A stretch of DNA of 64,000 nt from Planctomycetota bacterium (GCA_965223505.1 CBDCWP010000021.1:96001-160000), one strand, 5' to 3'; shown: positions 28,501-38,322, counted from the first letter of the stretch. Numbers and translations: made by a program. Notes: generated by a model not told the origin, from the letters alone.

Positions 28501-30281
28501 GTGAATCCCTCGATCGTATCCACGACCCGAAGGGTCTCGAGATTCCACACGCGAATCAGGGAGATTCCGCCCGAGTCTCCTCCGGTGTAGAGGTGTTTGC
28601 CATCGACCGCAATGGCTCGAATCTCTGACTCATGAGCTTGCATTTCCAACACATTGCGCCCCGTCGTCACGTCCCACGCTCGAATCTTGCCATCAGCGCA
28701 ACCCACGAACAGGGTCTCCTCGTCCTTGCTGAATGCGGCGCACAGTGCCAGAAATCCGGCGCCAAGCGGTTGAAACGTGGGGAACTGTCGTTGAGCGGCA
28801 ATGCTCAGCGCCGCCCAACCTTCCCGCGTCTTCCCAATGCTCAACGACTCCGCCGCAGCGAGGTGCGCCGCCGCGTGTCGCTGGCCGTGAAACAGCGCAT
28901 TCGAGAGTTCAGCGTAGGCATGGGCAAGACTCTCGCGAGCGCTGTTTCGTGCCTTCTGGGCGTCCTCTCTTTGCCGCTCGGCTTCTCGCTTCCCTGCAGC
29001 CAACACGTTTCCGATGATCACTGCGCCGACTGCGATTACGGCGAGCGCTGCGATGGAGACACGCTTTAGTAGCTGACGTCGTGTCGCGGCATCACGCTCG
29101 ACCAGGCCACGGTCACTCAGCTCCTCGATCCGCTTGAGACGAGCGATACTCCTGGAATTGCCCGGGTCTAGTTGAAGGATGCGGTGCGATGGCGCGCGGG
29201 CGCGCTCGAGCTGCCGCAGTAGCTCTCCACCTTGAAGCCCTTCAGCGCCATCCAACGCCGATCGCGCTTCACGGGACAGGGCGTCGATCTCCTTGCCTAG
29301 TCGATCTGCAGCCTGCCACGCACGTACTGCGTCGACGAACTCACCCGCGCTCGCCGGCCGCTCTCGCGGGTCACGCGAGAGGGCGGCGACGCAGACGCCG
29401 GAGAGCGCTTCGGGTACGGCGGGATCAACATGCGCCGGTGGGACTACGTCTTGCGTGGACACTCGACCGACGTACTCCGCAAACGTCCGGAACTCGAAGG
29501 GACGCTTGCCCGTGAGCACCTCGTACAGGACTACCCCCATGCTGTACACGTCGCTACGAGCATCGACCTCGTCGATGCGACCCTGCGCCGCCTCCGGCGA
29601 CATGTAGCCCGGCGTGCCGAGTATTCCGGTGGCAGTTTGCAAGTCGTCGGTGGATTGGTACTGCTCGATACGCTGCGCGAACAGAGTTTCGACGAGGTCT
29701 TCTCGCTGGCGCAGCTTCGCGAGGCCCCAGTCGAGCACCACGACCTCGCCGAAGTCGCCCAGCGCGATGTTCGCGGGCTTGAGATCTCTGTGAATCACAC
29801 CTTGCTCGTGAGCGTAGTGGAGCGTGTCGCCCACCTTGAGGAGAGTCTCGATGAGTGAGAGGCGCTCTCCCAATTCCTGCACTCTCGAAGCCTCGAGCTC
29901 CTTCTCGAGAGTCCGGTTGCCTCGGACGAAGCGCATCGTGTAGTAGGGCACACGATTCGGCGTCCGACCCAGCTCATACACCGGCACGATGCCCGGGTGC
30001 TCCATCAACCCAGTCACCCTTGCCTCTTGTAGGAAGCGCTGTTCATGCTCTGCGTAGCGGTCGGATCCGCTGCCCGTAGGTGGCTCGACCTCTACCGGGG
30101 TGGTCGGCGTGTAGCCGGCTTGGTCGCGACCGTGAGGGCGCATGATCTTGAATGCAACTTCGCGATTGAGCACTGTGTCGACCGCGAGATAGACGATTCC
30201 CATGCCACCTTGGCCGGTTGCCTTGAAATTGACGTACCGGTCGTCGCGAAGGTCCTTGAGAGGATCGCTATCACTCTGCAT
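25572..30281 (-). CDS. Ser/Thr kinase with TM helix and many WD40 repeats
   Basis: [29 protein letters not shown]; numerous GH...WD repeats. Confidence 0.92.
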   Translation of the reverse strand: MQSDSDPLKDLRDDRYVNFKATGQGGMGIVYLAVDTVLNREVAFKIMRPHGRDQAGYTPTTPVEVEPPTGSGSDRYAEHEQRFLQEARVTGLMEHPGIVPVYELGRTPNRVPYYTMRFVRGNRTLEKELEASRVQELGERLSLIETLLKVGDTLHYAHEQGVIHRDLKPANIALGDFGEVVVLDWGLAKLRQREDLVETLFAQRIEQYQSTDDLQTATGILGTPGYMSPEAAQGRIDEVDARSDVYSMGVVLYEVLTGKRPFEFRTFAEYVGRVSTQDVVPPAHVDPAVPEALSGVCVAALSRDPRERPASAGEFVDAVRAWQAADRLGKEIDALSREARSALDGAEGLQGGELLRQLERARAPSHRILQLDPGNSRSIARLKRIEELSDRGLVERDAATRRQLLKRVSIAALAVIAVGAVIIGNVLAAGKREAERQREDAQKARNSARESLAHAYAELSNALFHGQRHAAAHLAAAESLSIGKTREGWAALSIAAQRQFPTFQPLGAGFLALCAAFSKDEETLFVGCADGKIRAWDVTTGRNVLEMQAHESEIRAIAVDGKHLYTGGDSGGISLIRVWNLETLRVVDTIEGFTGLVLDVELKGHLLYALDAGGSESGSPYEDPYGSTVHVWDLEKHEHAWRIEGLSGSRDPLLESFRSRAICISDDGEHLFVGATGAVTIWSTRQRRPIQTIDVGAGIVSSVALSPDGDELFVGFRVEADAVPPVQVWDWRSARLAGTLEGREGGVRSLVTSPDGRYLFAASNRDPLVLRWDLTKRSNPEPVEGAVPLAVSRTRSRLVTSHPDHALRLLDVQTLDEATAVAAGHQGAVMRIAYCRERDWVLSLDALGVVRFWDAGRGTPAREAHRSHSETPRLITLIPGRGGEYVCASSGRVWIASIDSGSELRSVGKMSNTITALVVSGDGKRLYAGNDLGVIRGWELTKETKEPFFVATQDRPVTALGLNGKGQIFSGTGRWSGMPLHVLHFEQHPPVPVGEPTKEPPKPQKWKFPEGTHSASIEPHERRVGGDTFVILALDAESGELVARLEGHTAPANVLVCSGNRLFSGAADRQVRIWDTQTASTLRVLKDHSGPVSCLALSADAEILVSGCSSPLASGSRLPSVRVWQVETGALIHALDGHDGWVSGVAYSADGTLFSAGRVDRAVYKWSFDRGRPRVSEITARGGMGAPSATFNLALSPDGSDLYVASGAVGGVFAGAYESFGRTATYRFDLGSGAPAEEVKGSEVSSGACSAVDGRAILVSSDGRRLYEGAWAADAASACDPVPVEGLDTPAAGPVLVGVVDLAKKGAASGLYLDVGADSDVVLDLATLRDGSRLYAGGRGGNTYEFNLSRDELQRTFEGEWGPVACLTLSEDERELITGTRRGAIVRWDLASAQPTVWPNAHTGGIGAIAVSIDGKRIYSAGGGRGVPDEKSPVLRTTDTLIKIWDRASGRVIRTMEGHESYVEALVVSGDGSMLLSGSRDGTVRIWNAELGSEIAILDAGIGAIRDVVADPDGVTIFTGGHAPRVHEWDLGLFLQDSGERRGRLEAETRLTLDAGATEVRRVLWNDLR

Positions 30282-30435
30282 CGGCGTCCCCGGGAAGTCG
30301 AGTTCACTGGACTCGGCACCCTACCAATTGCATCTGAGTCCGGGAAGTGGGTTTGACTGCCAGCAGGAGCCTGCTGGCGAGCATGGTCCTCCACTCGTAG
30401 AATGCGCTTTCTAATTCGGTCGGGGGGCCTCGAGG

Positions 30436-31185
30436 ATGGCAGGCGGAACAAACAAGGCGACGTGGTGGAACACCGCCATGACTGCGTACGCGGCATCCGT
30501 AGCCCTTGGCGGGTTAGCCGGATACTGCTATCTGTCGGCACCGCCAACTGTCGCAACGCTCGCCACTTCCCTTCTCGCAGCCGTGGTCGGCGGGTTCGCA
30601 TACGCACTTCTCGAAGTTCGGACAGGTGGCCGTCGAATTCAGGCTCGTCCGGTTTGGATCGGTGCCGTCGCGACGTTCGCGTTGGCTTGTGGTGCGGTGG
30701 TTCACCTGCTGGGCGCCGATACTGCTCCGGACCAGCCAGAGCCTTCGTATCCACCCATGGTCGAAATGTTGGATCTGAAGCACGCATCGGCGGACGAGCT
30801 CGCGCTGCTCTACCAGATGCGCTGGCACATGCAGAATCAGCGTGTGCCCGAACAGGAGGCGATCTCCTTCTTCCGAGACGTAGTCGGCGGGCTACGGCAG
30901 GCACCCGCGGAACAGAGGCTCCTGGCGCTGAAGCACCTCCTCGCAAACCTGTCTCCCGATGCGGCGAAGCGTCTCGGCATCAAGGGCGAAGATGTCGGTC
31001 GCGCACAAGAAGGCAGTCCGTATCGAGGCTTTCTGCCTCCGCCTCCCGGCTCCTGCGGCGGCGTTTGCGGAAAGTCGCCAGCCGCCTCGACCTGTGGGTC
31101 GTGTGGCGGCAGTTGCGGCTCGTCATGCGGTGGAACCGGAGGGGCGGCCCCCGTCGCGTCCTGCGGTGGCAGCGGCGGGTCGTGA
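30436..31185 (+). CDS. Hypothetical membrane protein with Cys/Gly/Ser-rich C-terminal tail
   Basis: Three hydrophobic segments; tail SCGGVCG...TCGSCGGSCGSSCGG...SCGG; GAGG before the ATG. Confidence 0.6.
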   Translation: MAGGTNKATWWNTAMTAYAASVALGGLAGYCYLSAPPTVATLATSLLAAVVGGFAYALLEVRTGGRRIQARPVWIGAVATFALACGAVVHLLGADTAPDQPEPSYPPMVEMLDLKHASADELALLYQMRWHMQNQRVPEQEAISFFRDVVGGLRQAPAEQRLLALKHLLANLSPDAAKRLGIKGEDVGRAQEGSPYRGFLPPPPGSCGGVCGKSPAASTCGSCGGSCGSSCGGTGGAAPVASCGGSGGS

Positions 31186-31203
31186 GGTTGACGAGCGCAA
31201 CCC

Positions 31204-32406
31204 GTGAAGGTTGTCATCGAGGTGATCTCCGGCCCCGACGCAGGCGCGTCGTTTGAATTCGAAGGCGGCCAGTCATTCGTTCTGGGCCGGGCGACACAGG
31301 ATGGTCAGGGGCTCAAGCTGCCCAAGGATCCGTATTTTTCGCGCTACCACATGCTCTTCGAGTTCGCACGGGACGGGTGCGTCGTGCGTGATCTCAGGAG
31401 CCGAAACGGCGTCTTTGTCAACGGCGTGCGCGTCGCCGACGCCGTGCTCGCAGACGGTGACGAGATCGAGGCGGGCAGGACGAAGATGCAGATCACCATT
31501 CGCGGCACACTCGAGCTTGCGACGCAGAGACCGGAGCGCTACGACGTAGGATCTTCCGTCGGACAGTTCGAGATCGGAGAAGTCATCGGCGAAGGGGCAT
31601 TCGGGCGTGTCTATGACGCGCATACGGCGGGCGACCCAAAACCGATTGCACTGAAGATCCTGCGATCGGAAGGAGCTCTCGACGACGATCTCAAGGACTA
31701 CTTCGTCCGGGAAATCAAGGTGATGTCGGAGCTCGATCACCCGCATGTGGTCAAGGCGCTTGGAGCGGGGAGACACCGTGACGACCTGTGGCTGGCCATG
31801 GAGAAGATCGATGCGCCAAATCTCGAGACGATCGTCGAGTCGTCAGGAACACTCGCCGTCGCCGACGCCGTCGAGATCGGAACGCACCTGCTCGAAGCGG
31901 TTCTTTACGCCCACGCCAAGGGGATCGTCCATCGCGACGTGAAGCCGAGCAACGTTCTTGTTTCGGGCGAGCCCGGCTCGTATTGGGCCAAGATCGGTGA
32001 CTTCGGGTTGGCCAAGTCTTACCGCAATCTGGGCTATCACCCGCTGACAGGCTCGGGGGAAGCTCGCGGAACTCCCCACTTCATGCCGCCTGAACAGGTG
32101 CTCAACGCGAAGTACGCGGGCCCACCGGCCGACATCTACGGCTTCGGTGCGACGATGTATTGGGCGCTTGCGAACGCGTGGCACGTGGATGAATCCGCGG
32201 AAGACGGCAATGTCTGGCGGGCGATCCTCTTGGCACCGCACATCCCGATTACGCAACGCAGGCCAGATCTACCGGCGGAGCTCGGTCGTATCATCGATCG
32301 GTCGCTCGAGCGCGATGAGAGTGCACGCTTCGATTCCGCCGTCGATGTCCTTCGAGCTTGGAACGACGTAGATCGCTCCGGTGCTGCGGAGCGAACTCGG
32401 TGGTAG
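31204..32406 (+). CDS. FHA-domain Ser/Thr kinase (soluble)
   Basis: FHA motifs LGR, SRYH, DLRSRNGVFVNG; kinase motifs GEGAFG, HRDVKPSN, DFG, GTPHFMPPE. Confidence 0.92.
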   Translation: MKVVIEVISGPDAGASFEFEGGQSFVLGRATQDGQGLKLPKDPYFSRYHMLFEFARDGCVVRDLRSRNGVFVNGVRVADAVLADGDEIEAGRTKMQITIRGTLELATQRPERYDVGSSVGQFEIGEVIGEGAFGRVYDAHTAGDPKPIALKILRSEGALDDDLKDYFVREIKVMSELDHPHVVKALGAGRHRDDLWLAMEKIDAPNLETIVESSGTLAVADAVEIGTHLLEAVLYAHAKGIVHRDVKPSNVLVSGEPGSYWAKIGDFGLAKSYRNLGYHPLTGSGEARGTPHFMPPEQVLNAKYAGPPADIYGFGATMYWALANAWHVDESAEDGNVWRAILLAPHIPITQRRPDLPAELGRIIDRSLERDESARFDSAVDVLRAWNDVDRSGAAERTRW

Positions 32407-32408
32407 GC

Positions 32409-34649
32409 TCATCCGTCTGCGTAGATGGCCTTGAACTCGGGCATGTGCCGCAGGGCTTCAAGATCGGGATCCCCCTGAGTCGCGTGCGCGTGGTGCAACT
32501 TGATCCGGCTTCGAAGTTGCGTTGCTCGCTGAGACTCCTCATCGAGCCCGCTTAGTACCGCTCGCCGGAGCTTCCACTCCAGGCCGAGCCATTCCAGGGC
32601 TCGCTTCGTCCATTCGCGGCGGCCCTGCTCGTCGCGCTTCGCCAACGACAGCGAGGCTGCGCAGGCGCCGTTATAGAGTTCGAGAGGGTCACGTCCGATA
32701 GAGGCATCCTCGAACGCACGCGAGAAGTAGTCGGCCGATAGTCCATACTCTCGCATTTCATAGGCCACGTAAGCAAGCGCCAGTGCTTCCTCGGCACTTG
32801 CTTCGTCCGTCTTGCCAGCCCGCAACAAGTGCGAGCCGTCGCGAAGCCGTCCCAGGGTCGTCGGGCCGACCCATGTCTCATTCAAGCGATTCTCGTTCGA
32901 AGCCAAAGCGGCCAAGGAAGCATCGAGCGCTTCGACCGCTTCGTCGACTCTACGCTGTCTCAGGCACTTTCGCGCCGTGAATCCAAGCTCCACCGCAAGC
33001 TGCTCTGCGGCTCTCGAATCGCCGATCTCGACGAGGTACTTGTGCACGGTAACGCGCTCGCGCTCCTCGTCTGTGATTCGATCTGTGTCCCAGTCCCAGT
33101 CCAGTAGCCCGAGCACCCACCGGCAGGTACGCGCGAGGTCGCTCTTGTATTTGTCGCCGCCACTGCTCTTCGTGAGTTCGACACGCAGCTCAAGCGCCTT
33201 GCGATACCAGACTAGCGCTTCGTCGGGCTTCTTCGACCGTTCGGCCACGATTCCGAACTGCTGGTACGCATATGCGAGATTACTCTTCCATGTCGAATTT
33301 GCCGGAGACCTCGCATAGAGAGCCTCGCGGATCCGGAGGTTCTCCTCGAAGTGAGCAGACGCGGAGGTGAGGTCTTCCGCCCCCCGATCGAGGTCGACCA
33401 GACCCAAGCGCTCATGCGTTAGAGACTCTTCGGTCTGCCAGAGTTCGTTGGTCGGAGCACTCTTGGCCAGCGCCTGAATGACTGGAAGCGCCTCACTGTG
33501 CCGCTTCAGAGCGTCCTCCCACTTTCGATCTGCTCGATGGACCTCACCCAAGCCGTCGAGCGCCGCCCAAATTGCATGCTTCGGTTCGTCACCGGCATCC
33601 ACCTGTGCGCGGGCCGACCGAAGGGCCCGTTCGTAGTGGGTGATTGCCTTGTCCCAGTTTCTCGCCTTCTTCGCCGCCACTGCGAGTCGAAGCTGCTCAT
33701 TGAATGCACCTGGAAGTTCAGTGATCAGTGTGTCAATCGAACTCTGGAGTCGCGACTCGGCCTCCACCCACTCGCGTTCGGAGCGTGAGGCTAGCAAGCT
33801 CTGAACCAAAGCGTGGGCCGTTCGATAGAACTTCAAAGCGACGGCCAGACGACCCTGCCCGCGCTCAAGCTGACCCAACCATGCCAATGCAGTGGCCTCC
33901 TTCATTCGAAGTTCCGGCTCGACGTCACGAGACTCCTGGGCGGAGCGAAGAAGCGCCAAAGTCTCGAGCCAGGCATCGCGCTCCCGGACGGGATCTTCGA
34001 GCTTTCCGTAGAGCAACGCGGTGTGGGAGACCAAGTCGGCCAGAATGACACTCGCCTCACGAGGTCGCTGATACCCCTCCAAGGAGCGCTCGAATCGTTC
34101 GCGAGCCTCAAGGAGGCTCTGGAGCTGCTCGGGAGTCTGGCTGGGACCGTACTGCCCCACGACCCTCTCGAGGTCGGTTAGGGCCGTCTCGATCAGCTCG
34201 ACCTGCCACTGCCCAACGGCGTCCTCACCCAAGAGATGCAGAGCCCGAAGTGCGACTCTCCGTACACGTTCGTCGTCGTCGGTCAGCTGAAGACGAACCA
34301 GCGTTTCCGTAGCCGCAGCGTCTCGCTCACCCACTCCTCCAAGCGCAAGTGCGCACCAGAGCCGGACATCGGCATCGGGATCCCGAAGTGCTTCGACGAG
34401 AGCCTCAGTGGCATCCGCCGCGCCGGGGCCGGCGTCCGCCAACGACTGTGCTGCACGGCGTCGAACTTCCAGGTCCGAGGACCGCAGGCGATCAGCCGCG
34501 GCAACGGCGTCGAAGCCGGCCTTGGGGGATGCGATCCGGTCGCCGCACGCAGAAGCGCAGAGAAAGAACACACAGGCCAAGACTCTCAGGGCGCGCAATG
34601 GGCAACTCCCCCGTATGCAGTTCTGGAGTGGATACCATGTTCTCCCCAC
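32409..34649 (-). CDS. HEAT-repeat and TPR protein, possible lipoprotein (start uncertain)
   Basis: Lipobox-like LCASAC; HEAT repeats (VRRRAAQSL, LRDPDADVR); TPR-like helices; YNGACAASL...DPDLEALR. Confidence 0.7.
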   Translation of the reverse strand: MGRTWYPLQNCIRGSCPLRALRVLACVFFLCASACGDRIASPKAGFDAVAAADRLRSSDLEVRRRAAQSLADAGPGAADATEALVEALRDPDADVRLWCALALGGVGERDAAATETLVRLQLTDDDERVRRVALRALHLLGEDAVGQWQVELIETALTDLERVVGQYGPSQTPEQLQSLLEARERFERSLEGYQRPREASVILADLVSHTALLYGKLEDPVRERDAWLETLALLRSAQESRDVEPELRMKEATALAWLGQLERGQGRLAVALKFYRTAHALVQSLLASRSEREWVEAESRLQSSIDTLITELPGAFNEQLRLAVAAKKARNWDKAITHYERALRSARAQVDAGDEPKHAIWAALDGLGEVHRADRKWEDALKRHSEALPVIQALAKSAPTNELWQTEESLTHERLGLVDLDRGAEDLTSASAHFEENLRIREALYARSPANSTWKSNLAYAYQQFGIVAERSKKPDEALVWYRKALELRVELTKSSGGDKYKSDLARTCRWVLGLLDWDWDTDRITDEERERVTVHKYLVEIGDSRAAEQLAVELGFTARKCLRQRRVDEAVEALDASLAALASNENRLNETWVGPTTLGRLRDGSHLLRAGKTDEASAEEALALAYVAYEMREYGLSADYFSRAFEDASIGRDPLELYNGACAASLSLAKRDEQGRREWTKRALEWLGLEWKLRRAVLSGLDEESQRATQLRSRIKLHHAHATQGDPDLEALRHMPEFKAIYADG

Positions 34650-34676
34650 GCCGACCAGACGTAGGATTCGCCCACC

Positions 34677-35747
34677 GTGAGCGACACCCCCACCATGCGC
34701 GCCGCCGTCTACCGCGGACAGGACGACGTCCGGATCGAGTCCGTCCCGCGGCCCGAGATCGGCCCCGGCGAGGTCCTATTGCGCGTCGGCGCCTGCGGCG
34801 TCTGCGGCACCGACATCAAGAAGATCCAGCTCGGCCTCGTCGAGCCGCCGCGCATCTTCGGCCACGAAACCGCCGGCACCGTCGAAGCCGTCGGCCCCGG
34901 CGTCACCGACTGGAAGCCCGGCGACCGCGCCGCCGTCTACCATCACATCCCCGATCCCACGTCGTGGTACGGCAGCCGCGGCCTCTACGCCCAATGCGAG
35001 CAGTACCTCAAGACCGGCGCTACCGCCGGGTTCGAACCCGCGGGCGGCGGCTTCTCCGAGTACGTGCGCGTCATGCCCTGGATCGTCGAGCACGACGGAC
35101 TCGTCCGCATCCCGGACGGCGTCACGCTCGAGGAAGCCGCGTTCGTCGAACCCGTCAACACCTGCCTCAAGGCCGTGCGCCTTCTCGACTCCGACGAGGA
35201 CGAGGTCGTTCTCGTCACCGGCGCCGGCAGCATCGGACTCATCCTGATGCAGCTGCTCGTGCGCGAAGGCAATCGCGTCGTCGTCTCGGACCCGCTCCCG
35301 GGCAGGCGCGCGCTGGCATCGAAGCTCGGCGCCGAGCAGGTCGTCGATCCGATCGACGGCGACGCGGCCGCCGCGTGCCGCGAGCTCACTGAGGGGCGCG
35401 GCGCCGACCACGCCGTCATCGCCGCGACCGGACGCGATCCGATTCGCGACGCACTACGGGCAACACGCCCCGGCGCCGGCATCCTGCTCTTCGCGCAGAC
35501 GAAGCCCGGCGACGAAGTACCCATCGACGTCGGCGACCTGTGCGTGAACGAGAAACGACTCTTCGGTTCGTACTCCGCGTCCATCGACATCGCCGATGAA
35601 GCCGCGCAGGTCGTGTTCGATCGCGAGATCGAGCTACGCGAACTGATCTCGCACCGGTATGGTCTCGACCAGGCCGCGGAAGCGATTCGCGTGGCCGCCT
35701 CGCCCGATGATGCCGTGTGCAAGGTGATCGTGACCCCGGAAACGTAG
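34677..35747 (+). CDS. Zn-dependent MDR dehydrogenase (sorbitol/threonine dehydrogenase-like)
   Basis: CGVCGTD, GHE, GGGFSEY, EP, GAGSIG. Confidence 0.88.
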   Translation: MSDTPTMRAAVYRGQDDVRIESVPRPEIGPGEVLLRVGACGVCGTDIKKIQLGLVEPPRIFGHETAGTVEAVGPGVTDWKPGDRAAVYHHIPDPTSWYGSRGLYAQCEQYLKTGATAGFEPAGGGFSEYVRVMPWIVEHDGLVRIPDGVTLEEAAFVEPVNTCLKAVRLLDSDEDEVVLVTGAGSIGLILMQLLVREGNRVVVSDPLPGRRALASKLGAEQVVDPIDGDAAAACRELTEGRGADHAVIAATGRDPIRDALRATRPGAGILLFAQTKPGDEVPIDVGDLCVNEKRLFGSYSASIDIADEAAQVVFDREIELRELISHRYGLDQAAEAIRVAASPDDAVCKVIVTPET

Positions 35748-35750
35748 CGA

Positions 35751-36740
35751 ATGACACTGAGGACGATGCGCGCGGCCGTGCTTCGCGGTCCCGAAGACCT
35801 GCGCATCGACGACGTTCCCGTTCGCGAGCCCGGTAAGGGCGAGGTCCGTCTCCGCGTCGAGGCCGCCCTGACCGGCGGCACCACGAAGAAGGTCTGGCGC
35901 CGCGGCTATCACGCGCGCATGGGCGACTTGCCCTTGCGCCTCGGCCACGAGGGCGCGGGCGTCGTGGACGCCGTCGGCGAGGGCGTCGAAGGCGTCGAGG
36001 TGGGCCAACGCGTCGTGCCTGCGAACTCGGCCCCGTGCCGCGTCTGCTCGCGCTGCCGGCGCGGCATGACCGCCCAATGCATCGACATGACGTGGCTGCG
36101 CGGGATGTTCGCCCGGTACGTCATCGTGCCCGAGGCCATCGTCGCGTCGAACCTGCATCCGATCCCCGACACCCTCGATTTCGAGACCGCCGCCTTGGCG
36201 GAGAACCTCGCCTGCGTGCTCAAGGGGTTGGATCGCAGCCCCGCGCGGGCGGGCGAGCGCGCGCTCGTCATCGGCACCGGCGCGCTGGGGCTGCTCTGGG
36301 TGCGTGCGCTCTCGCTACGCGGCGTGCACGTAACCGCCGAGGGCCGGCGTCCCGAACGTGAGACCGTGGCGCGCGAGATGGGCGCGGCGGAGACCGAGAT
36401 CGAAGGCAAGTACGATCTGGTCGTCGAGGCGGTCGGCACGACCGAGGGCTGGGAGACGGCCATCGATGCCGTGAACGCGGGCGGGCGGATCAACTTTTTC
36501 GGCGGCCCGGAGCGTGGCAGCACCGTCCCAATCGACACGAACCGGCTGCACTACGACGAGCTACTGTTCACGGCATCGTTTCATCACACGCCGTATCACT
36601 TCGCGGAAGCGGTGAAGCTGCTCGCGCAAGGGTTCGTCGACGGGTCGCTGCTGATCCAGACCGAAGTCGTGCTCGACGGCCTGCAGGACTTCTTCGCGAC
36701 GGATGGCGGCGCGATCAAAGCCGGCGTCAACGTTCGGTAG
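35751..36740 (+). CDS. MDR dehydrogenase-like protein with degenerate catalytic Zn site
   Basis: GHE, structural-Zn CRVCSRC...C, GTGALG; ALTGGTT in place of CGTD. Confidence 0.85.
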   Translation: MTLRTMRAAVLRGPEDLRIDDVPVREPGKGEVRLRVEAALTGGTTKKVWRRGYHARMGDLPLRLGHEGAGVVDAVGEGVEGVEVGQRVVPANSAPCRVCSRCRRGMTAQCIDMTWLRGMFARYVIVPEAIVASNLHPIPDTLDFETAALAENLACVLKGLDRSPARAGERALVIGTGALGLLWVRALSLRGVHVTAEGRRPERETVAREMGAAETEIEGKYDLVVEAVGTTEGWETAIDAVNAGGRINFFGGPERGSTVPIDTNRLHYDELLFTASFHHTPYHFAEAVKLLAQGFVDGSLLIQTEVVLDGLQDFFATDGGAIKAGVNVR

Positions 36741-38322
36741 CGTCCGGCACCTCGATCTTCACGGAGGTGTGCCGGCCGTTCTGCACGATGACGTGTTTGG
36801 TAGCCGAACGCGATCCGAAGTAGATGCCGACGCGCACCTTGCCGGGCTCGACCATGTGACACGTGCGCTTGCCGAGGTGATCGACGAACGAATCGACGCG
36901 CTGCGTCGTGCCGTTCACGTCCATCCAGGCGAAGTTCGACGGCTGCAGGATCTCTACGCGGGCGAACGGCAAGGGGCGCCCCTGGGTATCGACGGCCTCG
37001 ACGCCCACCGTGCCGCCGCGGACGGCGCGAACGCTGACCACCTCGACACCGACCTTCACCTCGATCTTCGTGACCAGCGGCGCGCCCGCCCCCCAGACGA
37101 CGCAGTCGAGCTCGCCGAGCGGCTGCTTGCCGAGATCGAGCTCGCCGCGCTCGTCGGCGGTGCCCTCGGCGCTGATGATCGTTCCGCGCCCTACGCGAAC
37201 GATCGCGCCGCGCGCCGCCTTGCCGTCGAAGCGCAACACGCGCAGCAGGACGGGGTGGCTCTTCTCGGGCTCGACGGCGAGCGCCTCCTCTTCGATCGTC
37301 TCTTCGAAGTCCAGGTCCTCTTCGATCTCCACGTGGTCGTCGACCATGGATTCGTCCGGGTGGATGCGCTCCGCCCTGAGCTCGATGCGAAGCCACTCGC
37401 TCGGGTCGTAGGGAAGCGTCCCCGAGCCGCCGATGAGCCACCCCTCGTGCGCGCCGTACAGGTCCACGGGCTCACCCGGATAGTGGGCGACGCCTTCGAG
37501 CCGAGAGCGGCCGAACGCGTCGGTGGTCACCGACACGTAGCGGCCGCGGCGGGCGACGACGGCCTGGGGCTTCCAGCTCGCAGCGATGTCCGCCGGCACC
37601 TCGGCGGGGAACACGACCTGGATGTTCGCCGCGGGGCGCACGGGCAGCTCGCCGACGAGCTTCTCGCTCCACGGCGCGACCGGGCCGGGAAAGTACGCAG
37701 GCTCCCAGATCAGGCCCGCTTCGGTCTTGCCGGTCTCGAACGTGACCGTGCGGTACGTACCGGGCGTCATCGTGGCGATCGCGGTCGGCGTCGCGGCCTC
37801 GCCGCCGGTGAAGGCTTGCTTCAGCGTCCGTTCGAGGCCGACGTCCGCGCCGCGAACCGCGTGGCGCGGCCGAAGCTCGACCGGCACGCCGACGTCGCCG
37901 AGGGTGACCCGGCTGCCGGTCAGCTTCGTCCGGCTCAGCTCGTGCTCCGCCGTCGTGAGCCAGACCGCCTCGGAGCCGTCCCACGGCACGGTGGGCAACA
38001 CGACGCGGCCGGCCTCGTCGGTGCGCAGGCCGGTTGGCAAGACCGGCACACCGGCAAGCGGGGCACCGGCGAACCCGAGAACCGTCACCGTCACCGGCCC
38101 TTCGGTGCCGCCCTCCGTGTCGTCTGCGGCAGCGACGGCCCCTGGTGCGAGGCCTGCGTTGCCGCCCACGTCGGTTCGCATGAGGCCCGCAGGCACCGCG
38201 TCCTCGTTCGCCGCATCGTCGTCCGTTGCCGACGGCTCGCGGTCGAACGACTGCCACACGAGCAGCCCCACGAGTGCGAGCGCAATGAGGATCGCCGAGA
38301 GGGAGAGCGACCGACGTGTCAT
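36727..38322 (-). CDS. Membrane-anchored beta-sandwich-repeat protein (paralogue family member 2)
   Basis: N-terminal TM; VPWDGS, GVAHYPGE, GRPLPFA, WMDVNGTTQRVDSFVDHLGKRT. Confidence 0.7.
   Translation of the reverse strand: MTRRSLSLSAILIALALVGLLVWQSFDREPSATDDDAANEDAVPAGLMRTDVGGNAGLAPGAVAAADDTEGGTEGPVTVTVLGFAGAPLAGVPVLPTGLRTDEAGRVVLPTVPWDGSEAVWLTTAEHELSRTKLTGSRVTLGDVGVPVELRPRHAVRGADVGLERTLKQAFTGGEAATPTAIATMTPGTYRTVTFETGKTEAGLIWEPAYFPGPVAPWSEKLVGELPVRPAANIQVVFPAEVPADIAASWKPQAVVARRGRYVSVTTDAFGRSRLEGVAHYPGEPVDLYGAHEGWLIGGSGTLPYDPSEWLRIELRAERIHPDESMVDDHVEIEEDLDFEETIEEEALAVEPEKSHPVLLRVLRFDGKAARGAIVRVGRGTIISAEGTADERGELDLGKQPLGELDCVVWGAGAPLVTKIEVKVGVEVVSVRAVRGGTVGVEAVDTQGRPLPFARVEILQPSNFAWMDVNGTTQRVDSFVDHLGKRTCHMVEPGKVRVGIYFGSRSATKHVIVQNGRHTSVKIEVPDATER

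Noticed and set aside
24480..34660. Prophage or transposon
   Set aside because: No integrase, transposase, phage structural genes or terminal repeats visible.
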